In this document: positions 12,743 through 25,778 of the stretch, piece by piece
How the letters are laid out: every line of letters begins with the position of its first letter
Position numbering within the stretch: position 1 is the stretch's first letter
Source: Eledone cirrhosa
Taxonomy: Eukaryota
Assembly (NCBI GenBank): GCA_964016885.1
Contig: OZ024743.1
Coordinates: 243,474,001 to 243,538,000, forward strand
Direction of reading: 5' to 3'
DNA length: 64,000 nt
Notes under the pieces: generated by a model
Database searches by the model: none
Seen by the model: only the letters and a program-made list of their open reading frames with translations
Told to the model about the DNA's origin: nothing
Translations under genes and position numbers: made by a program

Positions 12743-14117
12743 AAGAGTAAGAGCACTCAGTCCATAGGACAAGTTTAGTATAAATAATTACAGCAGTGAC
12801 ATAAACAGGTACTCAAGTTTCGTTTGGTTCTGGGCCCTAATTCATTCAGCCTGTCATGAGAAAAATAAAAACAAAGATAGCCGTCTAGGGTTGATTGTGC
12901 TCTCCTTATAGGAATATAACATAAGAGTTTACACAGGGGCCGGTAATTTAGAAAAAAAGTTTAGAAAAAGGGTTTTTTTTTAATTATAGGGTAACACCAA
13001 GGGAGGTAACTCTTGAAAGACCATAGTCAATTTTGAATGAAAATAGAAGCACAATAATTTCTTCCAGTTGACTCAAAAGATCCAATTTCACTGAATTACA
13101 ATATAGTCAGTAAATAAAAAGATACTTCTAGACCTATTAATCAAGCCTAAGCCATTTATCCAAAATTTCATCACATGGGGACAACCGCCAAAGCAATCAA
13201 GCCGTGTATTGAGGCAGTGCTTATCCGAAGCTAATTGTGAGAGTATCCACCATTTTTTGGAATAACAAAGTCGACAAAATTTCGACCCATTTACGTAGGC
13301 AGTAGATCTTTCCAAAATACGCCATTTGATGGAAAAGGGGGTGCCATTGTTCTTAAGGCCCCATACATGGTTTACGAGCTGGGTGGTGTGTTTTTTATTG
13401 GGATATCTCAATGTTGTTTCGTGATTCAGGTACCGGTTTTTAAACTTGCTCTCGGACATACCAACATAGGTCCAGGCTTCAGTTTGGTGGTTCTGGTTGG
13501 TGTAGGTAACCTCTGCTTGGTATATCACTGCCAGAGGGTTGCACTGTTGGTCTAGTGGACATGTTTCAGGTCTTCTACATAAGCATCCGTACAGTGGAGG
13601 GCTTTTGTGTTTGCCGGTGATGTAGGTTTTTGCATTGTTGGTGCAAAAGTATCCTATTTTTACTATATGGCGATTAAATATCTTTCAACAGGGAAATGAA
13701 GATCTATGAGGCCTAAGAATGTTTTGCCTACATTTGTTTTCACATTAAGTGAGAAAGTTGGTGCAAACCATATGACATCTTTACGTCTAGGTTTTTTTCT
13801 TATTAGGTGTAGGGCAGTGATCTGGAGAGTATGTGATATTTTCAGAGAAGCTGCTGTTCTTCAGCACTAAATTATAGTAGGGTGCTGCCCTATCAAATAT
13901 GGCTTTGCTGGAGGAGAGGTTGGAGACCCTCTTACTAATCTTGTTAATGAGGTTTTTAAAAACTATAGGGGGGTGGCTAGAGTCCTTATGGATGTACCGA
14001 AGTTTCTCACTGGGTTTGTGGGATGATCTACACGTGCGTGTCTGTAGGTCTAAATTAACATCTAGGAAGTTGACCCTGCTACCTATTATGCCATTAATAC
14101 TGACGCTAAGGATATAG
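12741..14117 (-). mobile_element. 5'-truncated Penelope-like retroelement (RT motif FLDV, thumb, GIY-YIG), frameshifted
   Basis: ORF 13088-13528 IYQAEV...YVGMSESKFKNRYLNH...WGLK...IKWRIL...CRLC; upstream manual translation VNFLDVNLDL...YIHKDSSHPP; ends at (TA)n. Confidence 0.88.
12805..12854 (-). ncRNA. Hammerhead ribozyme-like motif in Penelope 3' end
   Basis: ACAGG CTGAATGA attagg..ccaaac GAAAC TTGA GTA CCTGT: perfect 5-bp stem I, one extra base in core, weakened stem II. Confidence 0.6.
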
Positions 14118-16244
14118 CCGCCACCCCTAGTGTAGGCAACAAATTAGAGTGTTTGGCTAGGAGAGAGGCCTGTATCACCTAACGGAGCAACCAATTATCA
14201 GGTCAACGGTAGGGGACTCTGCCTGCATCAGTGGGACACTACACCTATGAGAGTCATCGCAAGTCATCACAGTATTTCTGCTAATAGAAAACATGACTGG
14301 TACAAACAACAGCTCCATAGTTAGAGGCCATGATTTTCTGTCCTTGCAGGGTCCCGAGGAAGGTTCAACTGCTTCCTATGAAGCTATGTCGACCAAAAAT
14401 AGATGTTCTTGAAGATGACACTAGGTTGGAGGCAAGGTAACTTCAGCTGGCACCAGTAACAGATGTGTAGAAGACATATATATGTGTGTGTGTGTGATCG
14501 GGAGCTAACAAGCTAGATGTGTCTGTACAAAAATCTTTGATAAGTTGCTTGTCATCACTTTACCTTTCTTCAAGGCCATCTTCATGTCCCAAACACTTGT
14601 TCTCACTCTAACCCTACCCCCCTTGACAAGCAGCATGTAGTGGCCATTGTTACCCATGCCACTTTTGCTATGCTCTCATCTCTACTCACCTCACTGCCTC
14701 TTTCTGTTCAGCTGAGAACCCAATGATTGCCCTTGTGCTGGCGCCATAGTGAAATACACCCAGTCTACTTTGTAAAGTGGTAGTGCTGTTACCATCATAA
14801 AATGCACCCAGTTCATGCTGCAAAGTGGTTAGCATTAGGAAAGGGTATCCAACCATAGAAATTATGAAACATATGAGTAAGACGAGGTTGTGTGAGATAG
14901 CTAGTCTTGGGATGTGGCAACCTGTCCAATCCATACCAGCATGGGAAACAGATGTAAAACAATGATGTTGATGATTATACAGATTCACATGCATCATAGT
15001 AGAGATATAAACTTCCTTTGACACCACGAATAATAAATTAGACCCAATGTGTAAATAATCTATTAGATCCATTAAGAAACTGCCTGTCACACATTGGTCC
15101 CTCTCTCTCCCTGAAGAACAATAAAAGAACATCAAACAGGACATTTTGTTTCATCAGTTTGTTTCAGCAATAACTCCCAACTCTCACAATCTCTGTTCCA
15201 TGTTCAACTACCCTCCAAAATAACCCGATACATCTACTACACCCCAGAATTACAACATCCAGTGTCTGGGTTTTTAGTGCCTTAGGCTAGTCCTACAATG
15301 TGCGCCCCAATCTACCAATTAGAATACTTTCATCTTACATTTCAGAAAGCTGACAAACCTAGTTTTTTACACTAGTTCTGCCTACAATGTATTTTCTAGC
15401 ATACACTCCACACTCACCTATGTTAAATCATATTACAAGTTATGACTCTCCATTAATTTGTATATTTCCACAATGCTGCTACAAGGCAAAGATGTTTAGT
15501 GATTTATTTATTGATTGCAGGAAATTATATATTAATTTGATTATACAAAATTGTTATAAAATTGTGATTATTTAAGATTCAATAATGCACCTCGCTCGGG
15601 TCTATGCCCTAGGTGGCTGCATGGTTGGCCTTAATGATAGCGCCAGCCATGAATATGTTACTTTTACTCTCTCAAACTTTAGTAACAGTTCGGCAGCTGT
15701 ATTTTACTCAGTGCTGTATATATTTTCTGGTACAATTTAGATATTTTTGTGTTGTTGTTTATGATGGGAGGGTGAGATAGTATCAGATTGCTTGCATTTT
15801 ATTTATTTATTTATCTATTTTCTCTAATTATAGGGAGATGTGACAGTAATTTTTAGCAGGTTGAGCGACCTCATAAAGGTCATGTCACAGGCTCTTAACT
15901 CCTGGTGGAATTGTAGGGACAGCATAGTAATATAAGTCTTGGGCTCTTTGAACCTGGAGGAGACCATTCCTCTCCACACCTGAACATAGTCAAAGTAGTC
16001 AATTTCTTTCAGTGTACGAGAGAAGGTGAGAAAGGAAGTGCGTGCGAGAGAAAGAGGGGGGGATCCACGCCAGTACCGAATTGGTACTTTATTTATCGAC
16101 CTCGAAAGGATAAAAGGTACAGCTGACTTCGGCCAGAACAAAAACCACAAACAATTCAATTCGACGCTTTAACGACTTTGACAATTTACCGTCTATGTGA
16201 GATAAAATAATAGCATAAATATCCCTTCGATTTGAAGCCAGCCA

Positions 16245-16600
16245 GTGTCCACAGGAAAATGGCCCATGGTTTTACCCTTTGTCCATGGATTAGAGGTAGA
16301 TGCCTCATACGATGTCACTGTCAGCAACTCTTTCGCTACTTCTCATATCATAGATGCTGTAATGGTAGTGAGGAACACTGCATCCATAGCTAAATGGAAT
16401 AAACTACCGAAATACTGGATTTATCGGCAAATTACATTTTTAGCCTATAGCATTCGAGACATTCGGAGGAGGTGGACAGTCTACAAAGTGATGCCTGAGA
16501 AGGTGCTAAGCTATTACAGTGCTTTAGCTTCGCTATCACTCACGTGACTTGTTTAAAAACAACATTCCTTGTTGTAGTGTGTAATTGCGCGTGCATGTAT
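16245..16600 (+). mobile_element. Decayed restriction-like endonuclease remnant of a CRE-type non-LTR element
   Basis: Frameshifted GKWP(D)GFTLCPW..G...DVTVSNSFATSH...KY...AFETFGG-like pattern resembles the RPDG...DVT endonuclease region. Confidence 0.55.
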
Positions 16601-16639
16601 TCTTCGTATTTTTCTCTTCTTTCTGAAGCTGTTTTATAT

Positions 16640-16850
16640 TGCAAATTGCTGGACAGATTTTACGGGCAAAACCAACTGGCAGGAGACCCAGGGGTAGGCC
16701 CGAGCAAGATGGTTGGATAACATCCTTGAGCTTGGCTGGTCTCGCTTGGGGATCCAGTCGGAGAAGGTTGCTTCTGACAGGACCCGCCGGAAGGAGTGTT
16801 TGAGGATTCAGCCTCCACGACCCTCTCAGGAATAAGTGGGCGAAGAAGAT
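16640..16850 (+). mobile_element. 3' fragment of RTE-type LINE
   Basis: Decayed G.RPRGRP..RW.DNI.ELGWSRLGI C-terminal motif. Confidence 0.55.
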
Positions 16851-17324
16851 ATCTATCTACCTCGGGTATATTCTCTCAATTTGCAATTAACTGAACATAT
16901 ATCATAAACTATAAGTGCTTGTCTAGCAACTACACTAAATGTGCTAAACACCGCGTATTTCTCCACAAGCAGTGAGGTAGGTGTATATTTCTGCATTCAA
17001 TCTTGTACGGTGTATAAATAGACTAGGCACTTTAACAAAATGGTCCTGCAGCTATTCAGGACATTATTTACAGTTGTATAGAAATTGGGATAAATTTTCA
17101 GGAAGAGTCTGCCAATGTAAGGTCATGAAAATATAGTAGTAAACAAATGCAAAAATAATGAGTAGTGTTCGGCAAGGAGAACTGAGAAATAGTGTTTCTA
17201 GACAAACATAAAACTTAAAGTTCAGAAAAAAAAAAAACCCTTAAAAATGACAAGCTATACATTTCTGATGAAAAGTCCTCGGGTCAAGTGAAAACAATTT
17301 TTTCAAAAATGGAAATGCTATATT

Positions 17325-17930
17325 AATAATTATTATTATTATTGTGTACAGTGCTCGGGTGCACTACAGCTCATCAAAGGTGCATGTATAGTACATAGAA
17401 TAATGTACAAATGTCAGGAAAGTGAATAGTGTATGAGTCATGATATACATGTGTGCGAATGTTTGATGGGGGGGGGGGGGTATCAGGTGTATTGTTAGCG
17501 ATTCTCGGGAAGCATGGAGGTTTTAAAGGATGCAGTGTCTCGGCAGCTAACAACTGATGCAGGTAGTTTGTTCCATGCTTCAGCAACTCTGAGCGTGAAA
17601 AAATGTTTCCGAAAGTCATGGGAGCTGTGCTGTTTTCTGAATTTGTAGGCATGCCCAAGCGTGTTAGACACATGGAATTCAAAAAGGTTGTTGTTGGCAA
17701 GATGGTTAATAATTTTATGGGTGTTTACCAAGCCAGTTGCCAGATGTTGGAGCTTCAATGTACCCATGCCCAGGGAAGCAAGGCGTTCAGAGTATGGTAG
17801 ACGCCTGATGGAGGTATTCGCTTGGTTGCACGTATTCAGGGGGTCAATGTTCTGAGCAAGAAAAGGGTTCTAGACTGCTGATTCTAAGTGTGGCCGCACC
17901 TTAGCTATATACAGCTTTAAATAGATAGGT
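17325..17930 (-). mobile_element. CR1/L2-like LINE 3' fragment with (ATT)n tail
   Basis: TLKLQHLATGLV..HKII...HFFTLRVAEAWNKLP..VV; same family as 62085-63345. Confidence 0.85.
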
Positions 17931-20460
17931 GTAACATCGCCAAATTTTTATTCCAGCTTAAACATCAATAAATTTTAAATATTCTGATACAATTACAATC
18001 TCGCCATTGTAAAGAATGGTTTCTAATTTAAGCACAAGGTCAGCAATTTATGGGGCGCGGAGGGTCAATTAAATCGAACCAAGTGTGAAAGGCAAAGCTG
18101 ACCTCTTGACAATACCTTAAAATATGCCCAATATAACTTAAAATATATAAACAAGCTGGTTGCAGCACTAGAACAAAATACTTTCCAGTAAACGTTCATA
18201 ATTTAGGGGGTTGGGCTCGGAAGAATATACAAAAAGGAAAATATTTGACCTAACACCGTCGCTAGATGATAAGCTGACGTCAAATTTATTGTCAGTCAAT
18301 GCTTAAAGTGATTATCCGGCAGTTGTATTTTAAAGGTTTGATATACAGATTTTTTATTATATAATACTTTAGTATTTAATATATTAAAATAATCTCAAGG
18401 TCTCCAATTATATTTTAACAATCAACAAGATTTCATATTGTTTACTGTTACTATATAATCATATACATATATTTTATTCGGTGTTGATTCTTGTCCAAGA
18501 AATAATTGTTTTTTTTTCTATCTTTACAATAACAATCGGCAAAAATACTTGTGACAATTTAGTTCAGTTTTTTATATGATATTTGTTGTTAATTAATTTT
18601 TTTATTACTATTTTTAGTTTCAGATTTAGTGCGTTAGTTTCGATTTCAGAAAACAACAAATCGAAATACATTTTCATTTTTTATCAGTAAAAATGCATTA
18701 ACAATATAAATTACAAAATACAAAACATTTTCATATTTGTATTATTTATATGGTATAATAATGTCTTATCCAGGAACTGAAATCGAAGAAAGCATATTTG
18801 TTTATTCGTTGCAAAATAAACTCTTGTAGATATTTAGAGAACATATCTGAAGTTCCTCTCATTGCTCTATATTTACATTTGGCAGTTGATTCTCAATAAA
18901 AGGGTTAGGCAGAATAACAAAAATACAGTTATGAATCTGAACCTATTTTATTTTATTTTTTATTACAGTTGTATAAATTTACAGTAGAATAACGTTGCAA
19001 ATATGTTTTAAATATATACATAAATAATTCACCACCAAGTGCGACAATCGGCAACACGTCACACATTGGAGGTTAATTGTACATTTTCAAGCAAGCCAAC
19101 ACGCTCGCAGCATTACCACGGGTGATGGCGAGGCTAAGGCGCTGAAATAATCAGGTACCCTCATGGCATCACCTGACACCTCAGTAAGGCGAGCTGTCAG
19201 CAAAACTAAATGTCAATACAGGATCCAAAATTAATTTACTGTAATGTATAAAGTCTAAATCTCAATGTACCAATAACGAAAGAATACACATATGTGTTGT
19301 TTCTAGTATTTAATCCATACATACCAAGGACAAATAGTTAGTGATCTCCCACAGTATATGAACATAGAACTGCAAGGAGATGAATCTAAGACGGTCATAA
19401 GCAAACTGCGGTCCGTTTTGGCTTTCTGAATGGCACTTAACGAAAAATACCTTAAATATATCATGCGGCCCGTTTTATAATGAGCCACCTCTCATATGGC
19501 TCACGGCTCGGAAAAGGTTGTCGATGCATATTTAGTGTTCTTGATATACCGACACTGAACGTATACCACAAGACCAGCTCATGTTACAAATCTTGTGTAT
19601 AAAAAGGAAAAAATGTTTGTGTTTGTCTGATATTTCATTTATTTTGAAAATAATTTAATATAAATTCTATGGAACAAATTGATAATTTATTAAATAAAGG
19701 AATATAATTTTTGGGGGTGCGACCGGCTTTTATAAGACACGCGCACTTGTTCAATTTTTAATGCCAATTAATAAATTCTAAACGACTACAACAATAGAGT
19801 TGGTTTGTATTGGCAGAATGATTCTGCCAAAGGACAACAATATTTGTTTCTAGCAATATAAAAACGAATTTTTATAAGATGGTTTGCCTTTTGTGACGTG
19901 GCGTAACTCAACACTACGAACTTGTTAACCACAGGGTTGTTTAGATTTTTGCCCCAGGGGTAATAGTCATTATTCAATAGACAATGTTGGAATTTGGGGA
20001 TTGTTTTTATGAGGTAAAATAATAGAAATTATTATGATAATGTTTATTAGCAAATACTTTCGTTCTTTAATTATTGTAAAAAGAACTCTTGACAAAAAAA
20101 AACGTCCATCTCAAGCTAATGACTAAAACTCTACGTGATCAATCAACCTGCAAATAGCAACTAAATCTCTCAACTACACAGCATAATGAAGCTCAGGATA
20201 AACGAAAGCATGACTGTGTGGTTAAGCTATATAGTTTCGGGTTCAGTCTCACAGTGTGGCACACCTTGGGCAAGTGTCTTCTACTATAGCCTAGGGTTGA
20301 CCAATGTCTAACCAATGTTGTGGAATAGTTTTTTGCAACTTTTCAGCCCCAAAATGCTTCATTATATAAATTTTTGTTTTCTTTTTTTCTTACCATTTTA
20401 GGTTCTCTCAATTGTTATTTGAAAACTCTTCTTCCGAAGTTTTCATTTTCATCTGTGATA

Positions 20461-20541
20461 ATGAGCCATAAGTTTAATGTGGTGTTTGTTCTGGGAGGAC
20501 CAGGTGTTGGCAAAGGTACACAATGTGCCATGATAGTTGAT
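20461..20541 (+). CDS. CMPK1: UMP-CMP kinase coding exon 1 (MSHKFNVVFVLGGPGVGKGTQCAMIVD)
   Basis: P-loop VVFVLGGPGxGKGTQC; GT donor at 20542 (gtatgt); upstream acceptor AG at 20400-20401. Confidence 0.92.
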
Positions 20542-21119
20542 GTATGTATTCTTCTTTTATTCTTTTGCTAGTTCCAATCATTAGTCTGCAGCGTTACTGG
20601 TACACCATCTTAATCAGTCAAGCCATTAAGTTACAGAACATGAACATAGACATGGGCACACTCACACACACAATGTGTGTGCATTTGTATATATATATGC
20701 GTGTGTGTGTGTATGATGGCAGCATCTCGCTTTTGAGAATTGCCATTACTAGATACTTTTCTCATATATGAGTAGTATGAACGTAACTTTTAGCCCCTAC
20801 AAGGGTTTACATTCCTTTCTGCATATGTTGCAGTGAAAAAAAAAAGCCCTTTCAGCTATAGCCATGTTCAAGCAACATATATGAAAGACACTTAGATCAA
20901 GTATTGCCTGCATTTGAAGCTTTTTTAAGTATGTAGATATTTGACAGGCTTCTGCAATTTCTGACTACCAAATTCCACTCACAAGGCATTGGTCCACCTG
21001 AGGCTGTAGTAGGAGATACTTTCCCAAGATACTTGCTATGCAGTGGTTACAAAGTTAACACCTTAACCACACTGCCATACCTGTGCTTATATTGAAAAAA
21101 ATATATATATATATATACA

Positions 21120-22697
21120 TAACAAAAAGGATGATTTGTTATGTCTGCATTATGTTTATTAAGTAGTGACGTGTATTTCGCTATTGATCAGCTCAAGGTT
21201 CAATTTGTATCGATCTAGCCTGACTCTGGAATCAAAAGCTCATTGGATTTCTGTTGTGGTAATGACAGAATGAACCTCTTAGGGCTTAGACATAGTATAT
21301 AACGATTCATATTCATTTATGGTGATCAGTTTAAGTTTGTTTTGATTGGTGGTTTTGCTAGAAGGAATGTTTGGGTATGTCTGATAGGTGAGGAGGAAGA
21401 TTATAATGAAGAGATGGTGATGGGAAGCAATGGTTGGTGTGAGTTGTGGGTGTGTGGTGTTTTGGCTGTTTCATAGACATTATGGCGTTTATGTGGTGAA
21501 GTGAGAGTGCTGGGTGAGATTGTAGAAGTGGTTAGGGACGATAAGTGTTGGGAGATGAAAGGATGCGATCTTAGACCAAAGGGAAATGAGGTTTGTGTTG
21601 GTCAGATATTTGGTACAGAGAAATAAATGACAGTAAATTAAAAATAATTAAAGATAAGAATACTATGAGAAAGAAGAGAGGATGAAAATACAGAGTTTTC
21701 TGTGGTGTGGCTAGTATGTAAAAGATATATAAAGGGATTTGTGGTATCTAGAATTTATAGATTAAGAACTGGTTTGTGAGTGAAATGAATATTTTATAAA
21801 TAAATAGATGAATAAATAAATGAATTAGTTACACTAACTATATGGACTAACATATACACACACGCATATACAATTATACATAGATACAGATATACACACA
21901 CGCATATATACGTACACGTCTGTAGCTATGTATATACACATACTCACATATATACGTGCTCATAGGCACATACACACACATTGGCATGTGTGTACCCATC
22001 GACATACAGATGCAAGTATATATGTACTAGTAATACGCCTGGAAAAATATCCAGGAATATATGGTGGTATAAAAGTTTAGGTGAATATCTATAAGAAGGG
22101 GGAAAATGTTTAATAAAGGGTGATATGGTTAATAAGACGGGAAATGTTAATACTAACAAAATAATAATTGCAATTGTAATAATAACAATGATAAAATTGA
22201 TGATACCAATGAAAGTAATGAAAATAATTGTGGTAATTAATAGGATGCTGGTGTGTGAAGTGCATCTTCAGGTGGATGAAAGTGGTTAATACATGGTGAT
22301 ATGTTTAATAATGAGGGACATGATAAACATTATAATAGTAACAAGAATAACAATGGTAATAAATGTGAGTGATAATGAGGACGATGATAAAGTTGATGAG
22401 ACATGATAATAATTGTGGTAATTAAGAGGGTGCCGTGTATGTGATGTGTGTGTTCCGGTAGATAAATGGGGTCTGTCTGTGGTTTATGTTTGAATGCCAG
22501 GGCAGAGAATGTATATTTTCTTGCGTGCCGGCAGTTAACGAAAATTTCCGATTTTAATTTAATGATCTCTGCCAATTCCACCAGGTACAACCTGCAGTGG
22601 CTTCCTCTGGTGGAATGTTGGACCATACGTCTCCTTATGGACCATTTGTTCTGGTATTTCAGGTTTCCATCCTTGAGGTCCCAGATCAGCTCAGCTG
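21120..22697 (-). mobile_element. Old Penelope-like remnant (GIY-YIG C-terminus plus long 3' region)
   Basis: ORF 22330-22734 ELIWDLK...KWSI...CRL..E...CRH resembles the 13088-13528 endonuclease end; bounded by TA microsatellites. Confidence 0.6.
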
Positions 22698-23679
22698 ATA
22701 TATATATATGTGTGTGTGTATGTATCATCATCATCCCTAGTTAACTCTATTTTCCATGCATGAATGGCTTAGATGGCTGGTGTGTGCTGAGGCTAGATTG
22801 GTCAGGTGACTAGATCCTGCTCATATGATTTGTTTTGGCTTGGTTTCTAATGCCAACCACTTTACAGTGTGTTCTGGGAGCATTTTACCATGACTGACAC
22901 TACCACCTTACAGAGTGAACTGAGTGCTTTTTGTTGTGATATCGTCAATATCATTTAACGGATAGTAAAGGGTGAAAACCCACCTACTAGCATAAAATGT
23001 GACCTGACCCATCCACGTGTCTCCCCCTTTCCACTATCACTCATTAGTAGCTATTCACACCATCGCAGTCCGCTCCACCACTACTCTGTACTCTATACAA
23101 GATCACCACCACTTAAATCCCAACACCCATATTCTATCCAAAGCCACCCTCACTTCTCTCATACTCTACTAAGAGTTACCCCCTCCCCCTAAAACCTGCT
23201 ATCAACCCTCCCCTTTTGTAACTGTCATCATCACAATACTCTCCTCCTATTCACCACCCCACCCACTTGTCATGTCCTTGACATCATAATTATCATACTT
23301 CTTACCTCCACTCCTAGAGTAGAAAGGGATCATCAGTTAAGTCAATAACTGAAGACCTCTCCAATGCCGGTGATATGAAAAATGCACCCAGTACACCCTG
23401 TAAAGTAGTTGCTGATAAGAAGGGCATCCTGCTGTTGAAAACTTGCCAAAAGGGTCAAGAGGATTCTTCAGTGTGTCAAGAATATGACAACCTCTCAAGT
23501 GTTGGTGATCTACATAATAAATGCACTCTGTGAAGTGGTTGATGATAGAAAGGGCATTCAGCTATAGTAAACTTGCCAAACAAAGGGTCTGATGGACTCT
23601 TCAGCTGTATCACAGACATGACAACCTCTCCAGTGTTGATGCCATGATAATATGCCAAAATATACTCCATAGATAGAAT

Positions 23680-24060
23680 ATACTGCATAGCACCAGTCAT
23701 CACAGTTTTTTGTCATTTCCTTTGTAAGGTTTAGTTTTTTTAGGGTCTTCACAACCACATCCCATGTCTTCCCGGGTCTGCCTCTTCCACAGGTCCCAGC
23801 CACTGGAGTTTCTCTTCATTTTTTTATGCAGCTACTCTCTCCCATTGCATCACATGGCCATACCAACACAGTCTTCTCTCTTGCACACTACATTCAGTTC
23901 CTCTTATACCAAATTTTTTCCCTCAGTTTGCTTATGCTATGTCGCTCATGCCCGACATTACATATCTGTCGGAGCATACTCGACTCATTTCTTTCTAGCC
24001 TTTGTAGATCTTCTGCAATCAAGGCCCATGTTTCACTGCTGTGTAGCATTGCACTTTTGC
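23680..24060 (-). mobile_element. Decayed RTE 3' fragment
   Basis: GRGRPGKTWDVVVK..L.KLNLTKEM motif. Confidence 0.7.
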
Positions 24061-24895
24061 AAGCTAGGGACTGGCAAAGCAGATAATAACCCCTTGCCCA
24101 TGTAATAGTAATTCTGGCGACAGAATTAAGGTGAGTGATAGCTCACGTCTGAATGGAAATGGTCAGTGGCCAGCTTCAAATGGTCAAACATACAGATCAC
24201 GTCTCGAACTCTTGACCAATCGATGGGCCGTGCAAACAGGATGATGGCAGATGATAGAAATTCTAAGGGTCGGAGTCCAACAGACAGAGGATTTGCTTCG
24301 AAGTCACTAGACGTATCTGAGGAACTTGTGAATCCAGAGTCAGGTTCAATCCACAAATAGATCGTACCTCGAGCTGTTCGCCAGAGAAACTATTGTAATA
24401 CGCTAATAAATTGTGTTCCGATGCATCACTGATTCTTCGTTTTCCATATTATTATATTCTGCTCCGAAGGAGCATAGAGTGCTCAACCGGCATACCACCT
24501 ATGGACGCATCCAAGCAACCTTGCTACAAATATATATATCCAACAAATATATATATATCCTACAAATATATATGTATCCTTGCAAGCAGGGAAAAGCGGA
24601 CGTAAAATGATGATGATGATATATGTATATATATATATGTGTGTGTGTATATATATGTATGTGTGTGTATATATGTATCAAATGTAAGTGTGCAATCCAA
24701 TCAAGAAGGAGAAAGTAGAGATTAGTTTGTGAGAATTATAAGCCAGTAGTGTAGAGGGAAGTATGCTCAATATGTATATGATGCAAGACAATCAAGCAAG
24801 AGGAATATAAGCCATCTAATACGTATATAGGCAGAGCGTAAATATAAAAATTACAGTAAGAGAAAATCAATCAAATTCTTGAAAAAATATTTATT

Positions 24896-25021
24896 TGTTT
24901 ACAGTTGTTTCAGAAGACTAAATCACAGTTTAATCTATAAGATTGAGTCCTACCAGTATATGAATCAATAAGTCCAGGTGTTATTAAGATCAAATTATGG
25001 CCTGACCGTATCTTCAGAACA
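24896..25021 (-). ncRNA. Type I hammerhead ribozyme candidate with intact core and ~100-nt stem II
   Basis: TGTT CTGAAGA [99 nt, with GGCCATAATTTGATCT pairing AGATTAAACTGTGATT] GAAAC AACT GTA AACA. Confidence 0.6.
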
Positions 25022-25778
25022 TATAAAACAAATTTCAAAAAGATATGTCACTTATGGAGGAAATTAGAGAAAAACATACCAGTATCTTCAATAGAAAAAG
25101 AACTAAGCTGAAAGGTTCTACCACTATCCTTATGGTGCCCAATCCATTTCTCAACAAAAAAATGATTGAACTTTTCAGCTTAGTTCTTTTTCTATTAAAA
25201 GGACTGGCTTAATTTCTACAGGTGGATGCTCTTCCTAACACCAACCTCATTTACAGTGAGTACAGGGTGTTGCACACTATTGTTTTTCTCCAAACCTGAA
25301 CCAGAAATGATCTAAATTCCCCACCCGTCTTCCTTTAGACTTTCTCAATATCCCTTCCACACACAAACACATGCTCCACTTCTTCACCAACATACCTACA
25401 CACATCAACACAACAAATTTACCAGTTAAACCTATATGACCCTCCTACACCTTTAACCATACCCACGGCACTAATTAACTAATGAAACACACCACTTACC
25501 ACTAACACTACTAACTCCCATCTACCTCCATATCCCACTGCTCTACCATTCTACACACTCAAACCACCTCACTGGCTAATACTGGCTAATACTACTAACA
25601 ATCTACATTCACTCCCCCACTACTCCACCACAAAGACACTTATACTCATCAACAACTTCATTTACTACTACATTCACCCCTGTACCATCAATACACACAA
25701 CACACCCATATGCTGCCACCACTCTCCCTTCCAAACCATTTCCATTCTGCGTGCACTCCATCTCTCTTGGACACTTTC

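Noticed and set aside
18150-19530. Possible decayed hAT transposon
   Set aside because: Only vague terminal-like words (GCGGCCCG, AAAAGGTTG); no convincing transposase translation.
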